The notes: generated from the sequence alone by a model not told the origin. 64,000 bases of DNA from Callorhinchus milii (GCF_018977255.1 NW_024704749.1:13516001-13580000); one strand, 5' to 3'. Shown: positions 51,121 through 63,676, counted from the stretch's first letter. Program-made: numbers and translations.

Positions 51121-52116
51121 GCTCAATCAATATATATATAGTAGGCTTCTTGCAAGGTCATGATCATGGGTTTCTCTATGTGTTTGACCACAAGATAATC
51201 ATCCCCATTTGGTCGGGGTCAGTATGAGTCTGAGTTTGAATGAGCTGATCTTTTGAACTATAATAATAATCCCGGCATTTGATATAGCGCTTTTCACGTC
51301 TTTTAGACGTCCCAAAGCGCTTCACAGAATAGACTGTAAAGTGAATTGACTGTATATTTGTGGGCGAACGCGGCAGCCAATTGCGCACAGCAATGTCCCA
51401 CAAACAGTCGTGGATTGAAATGACCAATTTTTTTTTGAGGAATTATTAGTCGTTTACAATACTTACACGGCCAGAACCATCCATGTCCATTATTCGTCTT
51501 TTGGTCTGTAGAATTGAGGATATATCGACCTCCGAAGTCTCATTGATGGAGCCAGAAAATATAATAGTTTTTTTAAAAATTAAAAAAATTTTTTTTTTTT
51601 TTAAAATAACAGAAAAGAATAGTGGAGCTGGAGAGGAGTGTGTTGGAGTAATCCGGGGGGGGGGGGGGGAGGTGACAAACGCACGAGGGTTTCAGCTGCA
51701 TTTGGGGTAAGGTACGGTCGGAGATGGGCAATGTGGGGGTGGTGGAAGAAGGCGGTTATTATTATAATAATAATTATATTTAAGTATTTTTCACGTGTGC
51801 AGTGAGCGAGTGCGCACACATGTCAGTAATGTGGTAAACGAGAAGTGGTGAACAACTTTTCGCTTTAACTAAAACTTACAATAAACACAAGTTTTCTCGT
51901 CACAACATACAAGTCATCTCTGAAAAAGGATCCGCATAATAGCGATCCTAAGTGGAGGCCAGGAAGTGTGATCAGAGGTGTTGATGGTGTTGAAAGAAAA
52001 AAACGTCAACACCTCTGATCTCAATGGCTCCTGTCCTCTACCTAATTCCTTCCTTTCTCTTCCTTTCACCGTCCCCTTCTCTGCTTGTGTTTATAAACTC
52101 TCTGTGCCGACATACC

Positions 52117-52224
52117 CCAGTTCTGACAAAAGATCATCGACCTGAAACGTTAATTCACTTTCCTCTCTCAATAGTTGCTGCCTGACCTGCTGAGTGTTGC
52201 CAGCCATTTGTGTTTTTATTTCAG
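52117..52224 (+). mobile_element. Penelope-like element terminal-repeat remnant with a decayed hammerhead motif
   Basis: agtt-ctgacaa-aagatcatcgacct-gaaac-gtt-aatt followed by gctgcctgacctgctgagt..ccagc..tgtttttatttcag. Confidence 0.55.
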
Positions 52225-52588
52225 TCTAACAAGGTAATGTATTAGCTGAGCCTGTTCAACTGGCACAAAATCTTCATTCAGATTAGGACAAACCAGTTGT
52301 TGGTCTGTAAACTGGACTTCAGGTAGTGTTCAGAATTCTTTCGCTCTGTCTAATATAATAATAATCATAATAATAATAATCCTTGCATTTGATATAGCGC
52401 TTTTCACGTCTTCTAGACGTCTCCAAGCGCTTCACAGTCATAAATTTTATTATGCTGATCTATTTTTAAGTATTTCTATCTGAAACTATTTGAATTAGCT
52501 CATATCATGTGGTGTATGATTCCACTTCCTTTATGTTTTCCTTTCTTGAAAGTGTATTTAATTTCTCTTCCACTTAAGAGATCTGAAC

Positions 52589-53569
52589 ATGACTGACATG
52601 CCCTCCGATTCGTTAAGTTGGGATTGGCATTCCGAGGACTCGGGGGCCAATGAAATCTGCCAACCTGAGCAAATTGGTATTCTCAACTCGACTCTCCTGA
52701 GTTTGGCCTTTGTGATCGGTACCATTTTGAACGGCGCAAGTTTGTATATTTTCTGGTTTTGTATCAGGAAATGGAGCCCTGGACTAATCCTGCAGTTCAA
52801 CTTGGCATTGGCAGACGTTCTTGTAACTCCTTCTATACCCTTCATGATCGCCTATTCTTCACTGTCATACTGGCCTTTTGGACCGTTTCTCTGTCAGCTG
52901 AAACTCTTCTTACTGAAAGCCAACAATTTCAGTAGCATTTATTTCCTCACTTTGATTAGCATCCACAGATATCATATGATCGTACACTGCACAACAAAAA
53001 CATGGTTCAAGGAAGCGTGGTTTATAAAGTTAGTTTGTGTTGTTGTGTGGCTTCTAGTGCTGTTCCAAGGAATTCCATTCTTCTTTATCCTCAAGACATC
53101 TGAAATCAACAACGCTACCCAGTGTCTGGGCATACATCAGAACGATCTGCTATTTTCATACTTCGTGTGGGACATGGTCATGGTGTCAATCGGATATATT
53201 ATTCCACTTATAGTGTCCATCATCTGCTACAGTTTGCTGAGCTGCTTTATCGTTAGACTGAAGCACAACCAGCTGAAGAGCAAGAACATGAAACTAAAGT
53301 CCTTGCGAATGATTGTTGTGTCCTTTGTGTTACTTGTGATCTGTTTCCTGCCTGTGCACATATCCAGGACGGTGGCAGTTACAGTCAGGTTCTTCCACCC
53401 CGAGCAGTCCAAGTACTTAAACTTTGTCAAATCCATTTATTATAAATGCTTGGTGCTGTCCAGCTTCAACTGTTGCTTGGATCCTTTGCTTTATTTTTTC
53501 ACTTCTAAGAAATTTAAGGGATCACTCAAGCGGGTTATGATGCCTACCAGGTCCTGTGCCAAGATGTGA
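52589..53569 (+). CDS. Class A GPCR, P2Y purinoceptor/OXGR1-like, 326 aa
   Basis: Seven hydrophobic segments; NLALAD (TM2), WPFG..LC (ECL1), ISIHRY (TM3), CFLPVH..R (TM6), NCCLDPLLYFF (TM7). Single coding exon. Confidence 0.92.
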   Translation: MTDMPSDSLSWDWHSEDSGANEICQPEQIGILNSTLLSLAFVIGTILNGASLYIFWFCIRKWSPGLILQFNLALADVLVTPSIPFMIAYSSLSYWPFGPFLCQLKLFLLKANNFSSIYFLTLISIHRYHMIVHCTTKTWFKEAWFIKLVCVVVWLLVLFQGIPFFFILKTSEINNATQCLGIHQNDLLFSYFVWDMVMVSIGYIIPLIVSIICYSLLSCFIVRLKHNQLKSKNMKLKSLRMIVVSFVLLVICFLPVHISRTVAVTVRFFHPEQSKYLNFVKSIYYKCLVLSSFNCCLDPLLYFFTSKKFKGSLKRVMMPTRSCAKM

Positions 53570-54171
53570 ATCGTAGCTTAACCCTTTCAAAACTCAGATT
53601 CAATTAAAAAATAACGGGCATGGTAGGAACTGGATAATGGGATTGATAATAGCAATAATAATAATATCCTTGCACTTGATATAGCGCCTTGTCTTGTCTT
53701 TGAGACATCTCAAAGCTTCACAGAATATACTGCAAAGTGAATTACTGCATATTTTATGGGCGAAACACGTGCGGAAAATGGCTGCTATGTTTCGCCCACA
53801 AAATACAGTCAAATCACTTTACATTGCATCCTGCGAAACCCTTTGAAACACATCAATCATGTGATAAGGCGCTATATCAAATGCAAGGATGATTATTAAA
53901 TTACAATAAGAGGACATGACAACACTTGTGTTTAAGCAGAGATCAGATTAATTTACGTGTTCTAGATGCGATATTGTGTAAATACCTGTAATAATCAGTA
54001 ACGCTGAAGTGAAAAGAATATGCTATAATTTTAATTGTGTTTGCCATATTATTAAGAGCATTTACCATGTAGCTTTGAGTAGGACTAAAAGTCATGTTCA
54101 GTGTAAAAATATAATAAAGCTTCTCATTTGTTTGCAATAATAACTAATGTTCAAGTGACATTTCTGCTTTT

Positions 54172-54202
<31 letters not shown>

Positions 54203-56028
54203 TTGTTAGCCAATTCGCTCCCTTGGAATTGGGGCTGGAGAAACAAGTGGGGATTGTCTTGGGGTTCTGGGTGAGGATAGGAATGTGGACCTGATGGAAT
54301 ATTTGAATGGGAACAGATTCTGTGTCTGTTCCGGGATGACTAGAGGTAAGGCCTTGATGACTTTTTCTTGTAAGAAGATCAGAAATACATCTCAGATCCC
54401 CAGCACTGTCCACTTTGGACTTTTGGAGCTAATTGAACCCCATGTCTGAGTAATTTCTTTCTCTCCTATTGCACCGTATCAGTTCCCTTTTAGTCCCAGT
54501 TGAATAATTAGTGTAAAGCTCCTTCCTCATTGTTATTTGAAGAGGGTCTTCAAATAGATTGTGGTTTCCTGCATTATGTAATGAAAAATGCCATATTATT
54601 GAGACAAACTATCCATACGAATCACCTACGCTTAAGACAATACGCTATTTAAACAATAACCTAAACTTATATTTAGGTTGCAAGAAACTGTAGCCAACTG
54701 CTGATTGAGAAGGCCTTTTAAATAATACACAATTGTTGAACGGCCCAATAGTCTGCACTTGACCCACAATTATGACACTATCTGTACTTGAACATGACAG
54801 CAGAGGTTTTTCTTTAAAAACTGAACAAGCCGGAAGTTGATTGAAATAAAAAAAAAGAATAGAAATAAAAACCTGACTTATATATTTTGTTCCCTCGGCA
54901 GGTCCTGCAGCTCCCGACTGGACCACATTGTGGTTGCCACATATACTGCAAGTGGTTTGAATAGGCCGACCATTTTGTCATAGCCACAAGGGCTGGGAGA
55001 GAAATAACAGAACAGACAAGATTGGTTTAGGTGTCGTTACAAACTCAACCTATTGTGAGTGTTATAAATAAGTATTCTACAAAGTCTTCTTTGCGTACAG
55101 TTTTACACCCACTCTTGTGGGCATTATCACTCATACGCAGCCTTACTGCTAATCGGTGGTACGATCAATTAATATCTTTCACGTTTGAACTGCAATCTAC
55201 GAATCACCTCAATCGAGTTACCATCAGCAAAGCATGTTGCAGTTTGTACAAAAGGGAGTTTATTTTGGTTCGAAGTGTGGAAACACTTTGCTGAGCTGCA
55301 ATCAACTAGAAAATATACTGTTTTTCCACATTGTTTTTTAAAAAAACTTGAACCAAGTTGTATCTTGTGATACTATTGGTACCTTTAAATACCGCATCAG
55401 TTAAGTAAGAAATGAGAGAGTTCGGATGCATGCCAATAATGTGTCCTGGAAACTGGTAAAAGAGAAGTTATTCTGACTTTGACTCATTACAGAAACAGGA
55501 TTTGGATAGCTGGTTACACCCAGCAGTCTAACAAGCGATGTATTATCAGTTGTGTCTGTTCAGCTGACGAGAAACATTCGTCTAAACCTGGATAAAATGT
55601 CTTCAAGCTGGTTTAAAGGTAGGGTTCAGATTTCTATCACTCTCTTTAATATATAAAGGCTAAATGTATGCCATAAAATGTATTATTGAGTTAACAAAGG
55701 TTTCAGATGGGAGCAGGATTGGGTGAGGCTATGATAATGAAGTATACAGAATCAATCACTCACATGCAGTGATGTTAGCTGTGTATAAAATTTAAAAAAG
55801 TAAACCCGAACAATACTTCTGGATGCACCAAGACTGCAGACAAGAAAACATGGGTTTAGGGTTGCTAGATTAAAGGCAGTACAGAGGAGAATGAGAATGA
55901 TCCCCAATGCTAGAGGAATGGGTCTGAGCAAATGCTCCGAGATGCTGCCCCGTGGCACTATATAAGCACAGATGTGGTTGAATGAGCTATCAGCAAGGAT
56001 TAGACAAGCTAGGACTCTTCCTTCTTGA

Positions 56029-56350
56029 AATAATAATAATAAACCTTGCCTTTGATATAGCGCTTTTCACGTCGGGAGGACGTCCCAAAGCGCTTCACAG
56101 AACACACTGTAAAGTGAATTGACTGTATATTTGTGGGCGAACGCGGCAGCCAATTGCACACAGCAATGTCCCACAAACAGTCGTGGATTGAAAATGACCA
56201 ATTTATTATTGTATTGTTTTGGAGGGATTATTATTAGGCTCTGTGTGGAGTAAGGAAACTTGCCCAAGGTTTCGCCCTGACCTGCCGGGGATTGAACTCT
56301 GGGCTCTCGCTTGCAAAGCGAGTGCTCTAACCACTGAGCTGCAGGACTCC
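56029..56350 (-). mobile_element. Full-length tRNA-Ala-derived SINE
   Basis: Reverse complement is nearly identical to 58805-59130. Confidence 0.9.
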
Positions 56351-56559
56351 ACAGCACTGAAAGAAGACATCTGAGAAGGAACCTTGTAGAGGTACTGCAC
56401 ATCTATATAGTTTATATGGGATTGGAAAAGTAAACTCAGAACAATACTGTTGTATTGATTTGAAAAATGTACACTCTCTTTTCTCGAAGGAAAATGAACT
56501 GAAGCAACTGGATTAGTTCTTCAACGTTGCTGGCCCAGGAGCAACAAAAACTTCTTGCA

Positions 56560-57489
56560 ATGATCTTCAATATTTCAATCAGCGATAAGACTTGTAAGCC
56601 TCAGCAGCAAAGTATTTTAATCCCCATCTTCCTATGTGTGATTTTTGTCCTGGGTTTCATTCTAAATACCATGAGTTTGTGGACATTTTGGTTTCGCTTC
56701 AAGCAATGGAAAACGGGCATGATCCTCCAGTTTAACCTGGCTTTAGCTGATGCCATCATAGCTCCCGCCGCACCCTTGCTGATCACCTACTTCTCAATAT
56801 CCCACTGGCCCTTTGGACAATTTCTATGTCAACTGCAAGTGTTCCTATTGAGCACACACATCTATGGGAGTGTTTACTTTCTCACCCTGATTAGTGTGCA
56901 CAGATATATCACAGTCGCACACGTAACCAGGGTGAGCATGTTTAAGGTAACAAAATCAATGAAGATCATTTGCGCAGCGGTCTGGATGTTCCTTTTTGTA
57001 CAAGGATTACCATTTTTTTTTGTCCTCAAAACATCTGAACTGTACAATGTCACCAAATGTTTAAGCATACATCAGACTGAACATTCAATGATATATTTTG
57101 TGTGGTCCATGGTCATTGCATTCCCTGGATTCATCATCCCAGTCACAGTTTCGATCACTTGCTACGCTTTGCTCGGATCCTACATAGCAAAGATGAACTC
57201 CAGCCTTTCAAAAAAAAGAGCTGCAAAGATGAAAGCGATGTGGATGATTGTGATATCCCTTGTTGTGTTTATCATTTGCTGTCTGCCAATTCAAGTGACA
57301 CGTATAACTGCTGTAATAGTTAAACTCTTCTACCCTGAGAAATGCCAGCTGCTATACAAAATGGAAAATAGTTATTATATGACTTTAACATTGGTCAATT
57401 TGAATTGTTGCCTGGATCCTCTACTTTATTGGTTTTTAAGTAAGAAATTCCAAGAGTCATTTAAAAGCAATCTGGATGTATTCAGATGA
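56560..57489 (+). CDS. Class A GPCR, P2Y purinoceptor/OXGR1-like, 309 aa from the first ATG; tandem paralog of the 52589 receptor
   Basis: NLALAD, WPFGQFLC, ISVHRY, CCLPIQ..R, NCCLDPLLY. Shares GxILQFNLALAD, QGxPFFFxLKTSE and CLxIHQ with the upstream receptor. The ORF track starts at TTG 56527; the first in-frame ATG is 56560. Confidence 0.92.
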   Translation: MIFNISISDKTCKPQQQSILIPIFLCVIFVLGFILNTMSLWTFWFRFKQWKTGMILQFNLALADAIIAPAAPLLITYFSISHWPFGQFLCQLQVFLLSTHIYGSVYFLTLISVHRYITVAHVTRVSMFKVTKSMKIICAAVWMFLFVQGLPFFFVLKTSELYNVTKCLSIHQTEHSMIYFVWSMVIAFPGFIIPVTVSITCYALLGSYIAKMNSSLSKKRAAKMKAMWMIVISLVVFIICCLPIQVTRITAVIVKLFYPEKCQLLYKMENSYYMTLTLVNLNCCLDPLLYWFLSKKFQESFKSNLDVFR

Positions 57490-58804
57490 TTATGCAAAAC
57501 ATGTTGTTGCGGATCTATAAAAATAGCAAGTTTGGCTAATCCTTTTGAAAAGGAACTGCACAAATTGTTGGCAATAAAAAATGATTCAGTGCTCTTAGAT
57601 GATGAGTCAAATGTGATGAAATAATACTTTGGGAAATTGGATAGTTACATGAATCAGTGGTTTGCTTTTGCCTGAAACTTACTGTTACAATGCTTTTATA
57701 CGTTTATTTCATTAAATTCTTGTATGTGAATTCTAGTAAAATGTGATTTGTTCAAAATCATTTTAACTTGTGTTCTTGATTAACAGCAACAACAAATTAC
57801 ATTTGTTTAGCACCTTTCACGTCGGGAGGACATTCTGTTAATTACGTTTGATTTGGAAACATAATGAAGAGTACGCTCATACAGTAGGTTTGGAAAGTAT
57901 CAGGTTGGATATACTTTAAGTTTCTCACAGACAGCAGCTTTTGAAGGAAATGGTGACCACAGCACAGCTTCTGCAGATCCTTCAGATAGTTCACAGGCCA
58001 TTTCAGAAGGTGAGAGAGGCTGCAAACACATATATATGTTACGTTTTGTGACCATTTGCAACACAACCAAACAGCATTACGTTGCTAGTTCAAAATAATT
58101 TATTAGTTCAGTTCCCATCTGCATTGACATTTTGGCTGCAAATTGAAATTTAACAGATTAATTTGAAAAGATATCTTAAACGGAGCTGATATATGCGAAC
58201 AGTTTTAAGATATTTTGAATTTTTGATTCCTGCTAAAATTTACTGTTGTTTGGGTAAGTTTTATAATCACAAGATTGGTCTGGATGAAGAAGGAAGGTCC
58301 AATTGGCCAATCTGATCTAATCCCTCCATTAAGACTTACCGAGCAGCTCATCCAATGACGGAGTAGTTAAGGGCACAGCCTGCTATAACACTAGGTTGTA
58401 CAGACCTCAAAATCACATTGTAAACTTATTTTCTCCCTCATGCAAGTAGAATGACATTTCCATTAAATCCCCATGAGATATTCTATGACAGCCAACACTG
58501 GAATCCTGCCGCACTAGTCTAGTAGGACCATTCAGGCTCATACTTAGTAGCTGAAATTTATTCTAGCCATTGGCAGTATTGCCATATACAGTCGTGGATT
58601 GAAAATGACCAATTTATTTATTTTTGTTTGTTTTTGGAGGGATTATTATTAGGCGTAATATAGTATAATATTGAAAATGCTGGAGACCAGAAAAAANGGA
58701 AATATTTGAAATCCACTTATCCAAAATGATCATTTTTGTTGGGTATTTATTGAAATGCTCTGGACTTCTAGCATTTCTGTTTTGAATTTGCTGATCACAT
58801 TTGT

Positions 58805-59130
58805 GGAGTCCTGTAGCTCAGTGGTTAGAGCACTCGCTTTGCAAGCGAGAGACCTGAGTTCAATTCCAGGCAGAGGGCGAAACCTTGGGCAAGTTTCCTT
58901 ACTCCACACAGAGCCTAATAATAATCCCTCCAAAAACCAAAAACAATAATAAATTGGTCATTTTCAATCCACGACTGTTTGTGGGACATTGCTGTGCGCA
59001 ATTGGCTGCCGCGTTCGCCCACAAATATACAGTCAATTCACTTTACAGTATATTCTGTGAAGCGCTTTGGGACGTCCTCCCGACGTGAAAAGCGCTATAT
59101 CAAATGCAAGGATTATTATTATTATTATTA
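58805..59130 (+). mobile_element. Full-length tRNA-Ala-derived SINE (abundant family)
   Basis: Head ggagtcctgtagctcagtggttagagc (A box), anticodon arm ctcgc-tttgcaa-gcgag, B box gagttcaattcc, L2-like 3' tail and (ATT)n. Near-identical copies at 27153 and 56029. Confidence 0.92.
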
Positions 59131-62100
59131 TCACCAGCCGTAGCTGCAATGACGTTGTTCAGCCACAGAGTGAGGCTACCATATCAGAAACGTCAAAACA
59201 GCCAGCAAAATCATACCAGTTAACAAATCTACAAAGAGGTGTAGGGATTCCAGGAAGATTTCCATCGTTTTCTCAGCCTCCTGGAACAGGTGTTATTTCC
59301 TTTTCATCACATATACCTACCAAAAGATACACGCACATAAGCAAAAGTATTCCTAAACTCACTCTTGAGTCATGGAGTGATTTTAATGGATGTCCTCTGT
59401 CCTCAGTGATCCAAGACTGCTTCCTATCCTAGGCTTTTCAACCTCCCCTAATTCCTTGGTCCATTGGTTTTATGACAAGTATTTTCCAGCACCTTGGGAC
59501 GTCCTCCTGACGTGAAAGGCACCATACAAATGTAATCGTGTTGTTGTTTTGGCAAGCTGACAATTCCAAATGTTATGGTCACATCTCTCCGTGGTGTAAT
59601 AAGCGTGGGGATTCCTATTAAAGCTGTCTTGTTGTCCTTTTGGACTATTGTCTAGAAACTCTTTACTGCGATAAAGCTAAAATTTTACCAGATTAATTCA
59701 CTCAATTGTTTTCCACCCAAATATTTTCTCTCTGAGTCTGCTGTATTAAAGTATGGCAAATATCCTACCTTTTGTCTTTTTTTAAAATAATGCATTCCTC
59801 TGACATTTGTCAGCGATGCACTTACCTTTTGTGAAGTATTCCTCGCCCCATAAAAGACCTGAACTACGTATGTAACTTAATTGGCAACTCACGTCATGGC
59901 TGTTTGTGGGACTTGGCTGTGTGCAAAATGGCTGCTGAGTTTCCCTACAGAATACGCATTCACTCCGCTTGAGAGCAATCACCTGTGAAGCATTTTGAGA
60001 GGTTTCAACATTTTTGGCCATTAGTCAAATACACTAAAACTCTGGCTAGCCAGAGCAACGGTAGGGAGATCCCATTTGGTGAGCTGAATTTCTGACTAAA
60101 CTCCATATAAACCACACTTCCTTCATCCACTCTCCGTTACTTCAGCAAGAAACTCTATCAGGTTTGTTAGACATGATTTGCCTTGAACAAACCCGCGTTG
60201 GCTGTCCTTTATTAATACCTATATGTTTCAAAGTGAGAATTTATTTTGTCTTGGATTATAGTCTCTAGAAGATTCCCCACTACTGACTGACTGGCTGGTA
60301 GTTGCCGGTTTATCCTTCTGAACCTTGTTGTACAGGGGAGGAGTAACATTTGCAACCCTCCAGTCCTCTGGCACCACCCTGTTTGTGGCCAGAACCTCCG
60401 TTCTTCTGCACATGGGAATCAAAGTTGATATCCCCAGCCATTGAAGACCAACAAGCGAGGCGGGGGGAAGGGGGTCTGGCTCGGTATGGATTATCTGGAG
60501 TCAAATAAGCCAGGGGTTTATGATATAATGATTCTTATCCTTTTATACCCTTATTTCTTGCACACTATGGGCCTTAATATGTCAGGTAGAAGTAACCAGA
60601 CAAACAATTATTGCTTTTAACTATCACTCAAAAAGTAGCAAAGTAACTTTTTCCTCCTTACCTCCTTACATTCCCAGCCTGTGTTGTCCATATTTTCTTG
60701 TTATCGTGTATACAGCAATAATGCAGATTATCAAAACACTTGATTTAACAAAGAAGCAGGGGGAGGTCAAATGCAATGATTAGTATAGCATTAAACATGT
60801 CACAGCTTCTCCCGTCTAGTAAGATTACCTTTTATAGCTTCTGATGAAAAGTAAAATCTGCGCTTAGTAGTAATTTATTGAAAAAATGCATTCAGAAAGA
60901 TAAATTAGCCTTATGATCTCATCATTTGGATGAAGGGACACACCCAAAAATCTCGGCTCAACTTTCTCTTGAGAAGCTGAATGATCTCCTGTGCAGTTCA
61001 GCTTTATTCATTTTCATATCGAATTTTCATCATTCAGTTTTTTAAAAATGTTACCTGTCCGGGTCAAATTCATTAAAAATCCGCTTTGCCGCAGATGGGA
61101 TTTTGACCTGTTTTATGTAAGGTGATCAAGCAATAACTGCAAAATATTGCACCCACCCCACACCCCCACACACACACACACATTTCTACTGTTTACTAGT
61201 GCCCATATATCTTGGACAATGTCCTCCTGTTCAGACACTGTTATATTGTTGTCAAGTTCCCTCGAGGTGCAGCCTAGTTTCTAATTAAACTCGCTGGTTG
61301 ATAATCCGAATTAGATTACTATCTTGGCCTTCTCCCAAAATTGGAAAATATTAGCTCGACAGCATAGGATTTAACTGTGGTTCTTGATTTCAGTGTTATT
61401 TTCTACATTCCTATTTCCCCAGATCTCCCTTTCCTCTGTTCCCTTTAGCCGATTCGATCCATACATCCACCATTCAGAAAACGATACGCAATCACCGTTT
61501 CCTACACCCGAATGAAATCCACACCATGTCTTTTCTGCTCCCAGCAGCTGTGAATGCCCATTGGAAAAAAAAACTCTTGTAACTGCTGGGTGGGAATGAT
61601 TGAAATATGAAGTTATTGACACTTTGAAAGAGGACAAAGAAACATTATTGGCCACCGAAATAATTTTACAATTATGCAAAAGCTTCTCTTGATAAAAAAC
61701 TGATTTCACCTCAAGGCTTCTCTCTGATTATGATTGACCAAAAAAGTGTGAGTTGGTTTATCCATATAATTATGAGCTTTTCCTTGTGAGTGAATTTGTT
61801 AATAATCCAGTTAACATGAGTCTCCACAATTTGACAAAATTCCAAACCCACATTTGTGCTTCCACGCTTTTTTATTCAGCTTTAGTATCCAGTTCTCACC
61901 ATTTCAAAGACTATTGTCAGCTTGCTTATTCAAAGCAACCAAGGTTTAATTCAAAGCGAAGGATTGTTTGTACTGAATTCACTGGAAACACAACCTCTGT
62001 ATTCTCCCCATGGAACTCAGTGCTGAATGAGATCTGATGTTACACATTTCTTATTGCCTGATAATGCATAACAAAGGTGCATTCTCCAATATTCCCATCG

Positions 62101-62292
62101 GTTGGTGAATCAGAAGAAGGCAGCATAGGATCAGTATTGTCACTGGAAGAATTAAGAGGCTAAAAAAAATACACAACATGGAAAAACATGGAAGGCTTTG
62201 CCGTAAGTGGCTACTGAAGCGATGTTCGTAACAACATTTAATATAATAATAATCCTCGCATTTGATATAGTGCCTTATCGTGTCTTTGAGAG

Positions 62293-63676
62293 AGCCATTG
62301 CCTCCCAGCCTCGCTCTTTCTTCTCCTCTCACTCCCTCCATGAACCCCTCCAATCGGAAACTGCTCTGGTCAAGGTCACAAACGACATCCTGACCATATG
62401 TGACCAGGGCTCCCTCTGCCTCCTCGTCCTCCTCGAACTCTCCGCCGCCTTTGACACCGTGGACCACTCAATCCTCCTCCGTCACCTCTCCTCCCACCTC
62501 AATCTTCAAGGTTCTGTCCTTGACTGGTTTAGGTCCTACCTTTTATACTGCCTCCACTTCGTTGCGGCAAACGGCTTTTCCTCCAGCCCCCGCACTGTCT
62601 CGTGCGGTGTTCCTCAGTGCTTTGTCCTCGGTCCCCTCCTCTTCACCCTCTACATGCTCCCCCTTGGTGCCGTCATCCGCAGACATGGGGTAAATTTCCA
62701 TATGTATGTGGATGACACCCAACTCTATCTCTCTGCCTCCACCCTGAACTCCAGGACCACTGGCGCCCTGACCGACTGCCTGTCCGACATCAAGTCCTGG
62801 ACGAGGGCCAACTTTCTCCAACTCAACGTCAGCAAGACCTGATTGGCTCGCGCCAGTGCCTCCACACCTTAGGCGCTGGCAGCATCAGCCTCCACGGCTG
62901 CACACTCACCCTCACTAAGCCAGTCAGGAACCTGGGTGTCTTGTTTGACCTTGAATTGTCCTTTCTCCCCCACATCCGTGCCATGACCGGCACTGCCTAC
63001 CACCACCTCCACAATATTGCCAGACTACGCCACTGCCTCAGCCCTCGGGCTGCCAAAACCCTCACCCTCGCATTCGTCACCTCAAGGCTTGATTACGGGA
63101 ACTCCCTCTTCATCGGCCTTCCCAACTCTTCCCTTCACAAGCTACAGATCATCCAAAACTCTGCAGCTCGTATACTCTCACGAACTAGGCTCTATGACCC
63201 CATCATTCCCACCCTCGCCCGACCCCACTGGCTCCCCATCCCCCAGAGGTTCGAGTTCAAGATCCTCGTCTTCACCTTTAAGACCATCCATGGCCTTGCC
63301 CCCTCCTACCTCTCTGACCTGCTGACTCCCTACCAACCTGCCCGCTCCCCCCGTTCATCAGGCTCCGGCCTGCTCCATGTCTCCCGCCCGACCCGCCCTA
63401 CCATCGGTGGCTGGGCTTTCAGCCTCTCTGCCCCCACACTCTGGAACTCCATCCCACGATCCTTTCGCCTCACTTCCTCCGTTACATCCTTCAAGGCCGA
63501 TCTCAAGACCCTTCTCTTCGACTGTGCCTTTGGTCTCCCTCCCACCTATCTGCCTTCCCTCAACGCTACACCATTCCTACCCCATGCTCGGGCCCCAATA
63601 TCTGACTGTTCAAGCGCTTTGGGACGTCCTCCCAAAGTGAAAGGCGCTCTATAAACGTAATTTTATTATTGTTGTT
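62293..63676 (+). mobile_element. 5'-truncated, frameshifted L2-clade LINE (RT domain and 3' tail)
   Basis: ETALVKVTND, LSAAFDTVDH, GVPQ..LGP.LF, YVDDTQLY, LQLNVSKT, then SRLDYGNS and LQIIQNSAAR..HWLP in another frame. Frame break near 62838. Ends gcgctttgggacgtcc...ggcgctctataaa followed by TTA/TTG repeats. Confidence 0.93.

Noticed and set aside
58805-58878. tRNA-Ala(TGC) gene
   Set aside because: The acceptor stem does not pair and the sequence continues into a SINE body, as in all other copies.
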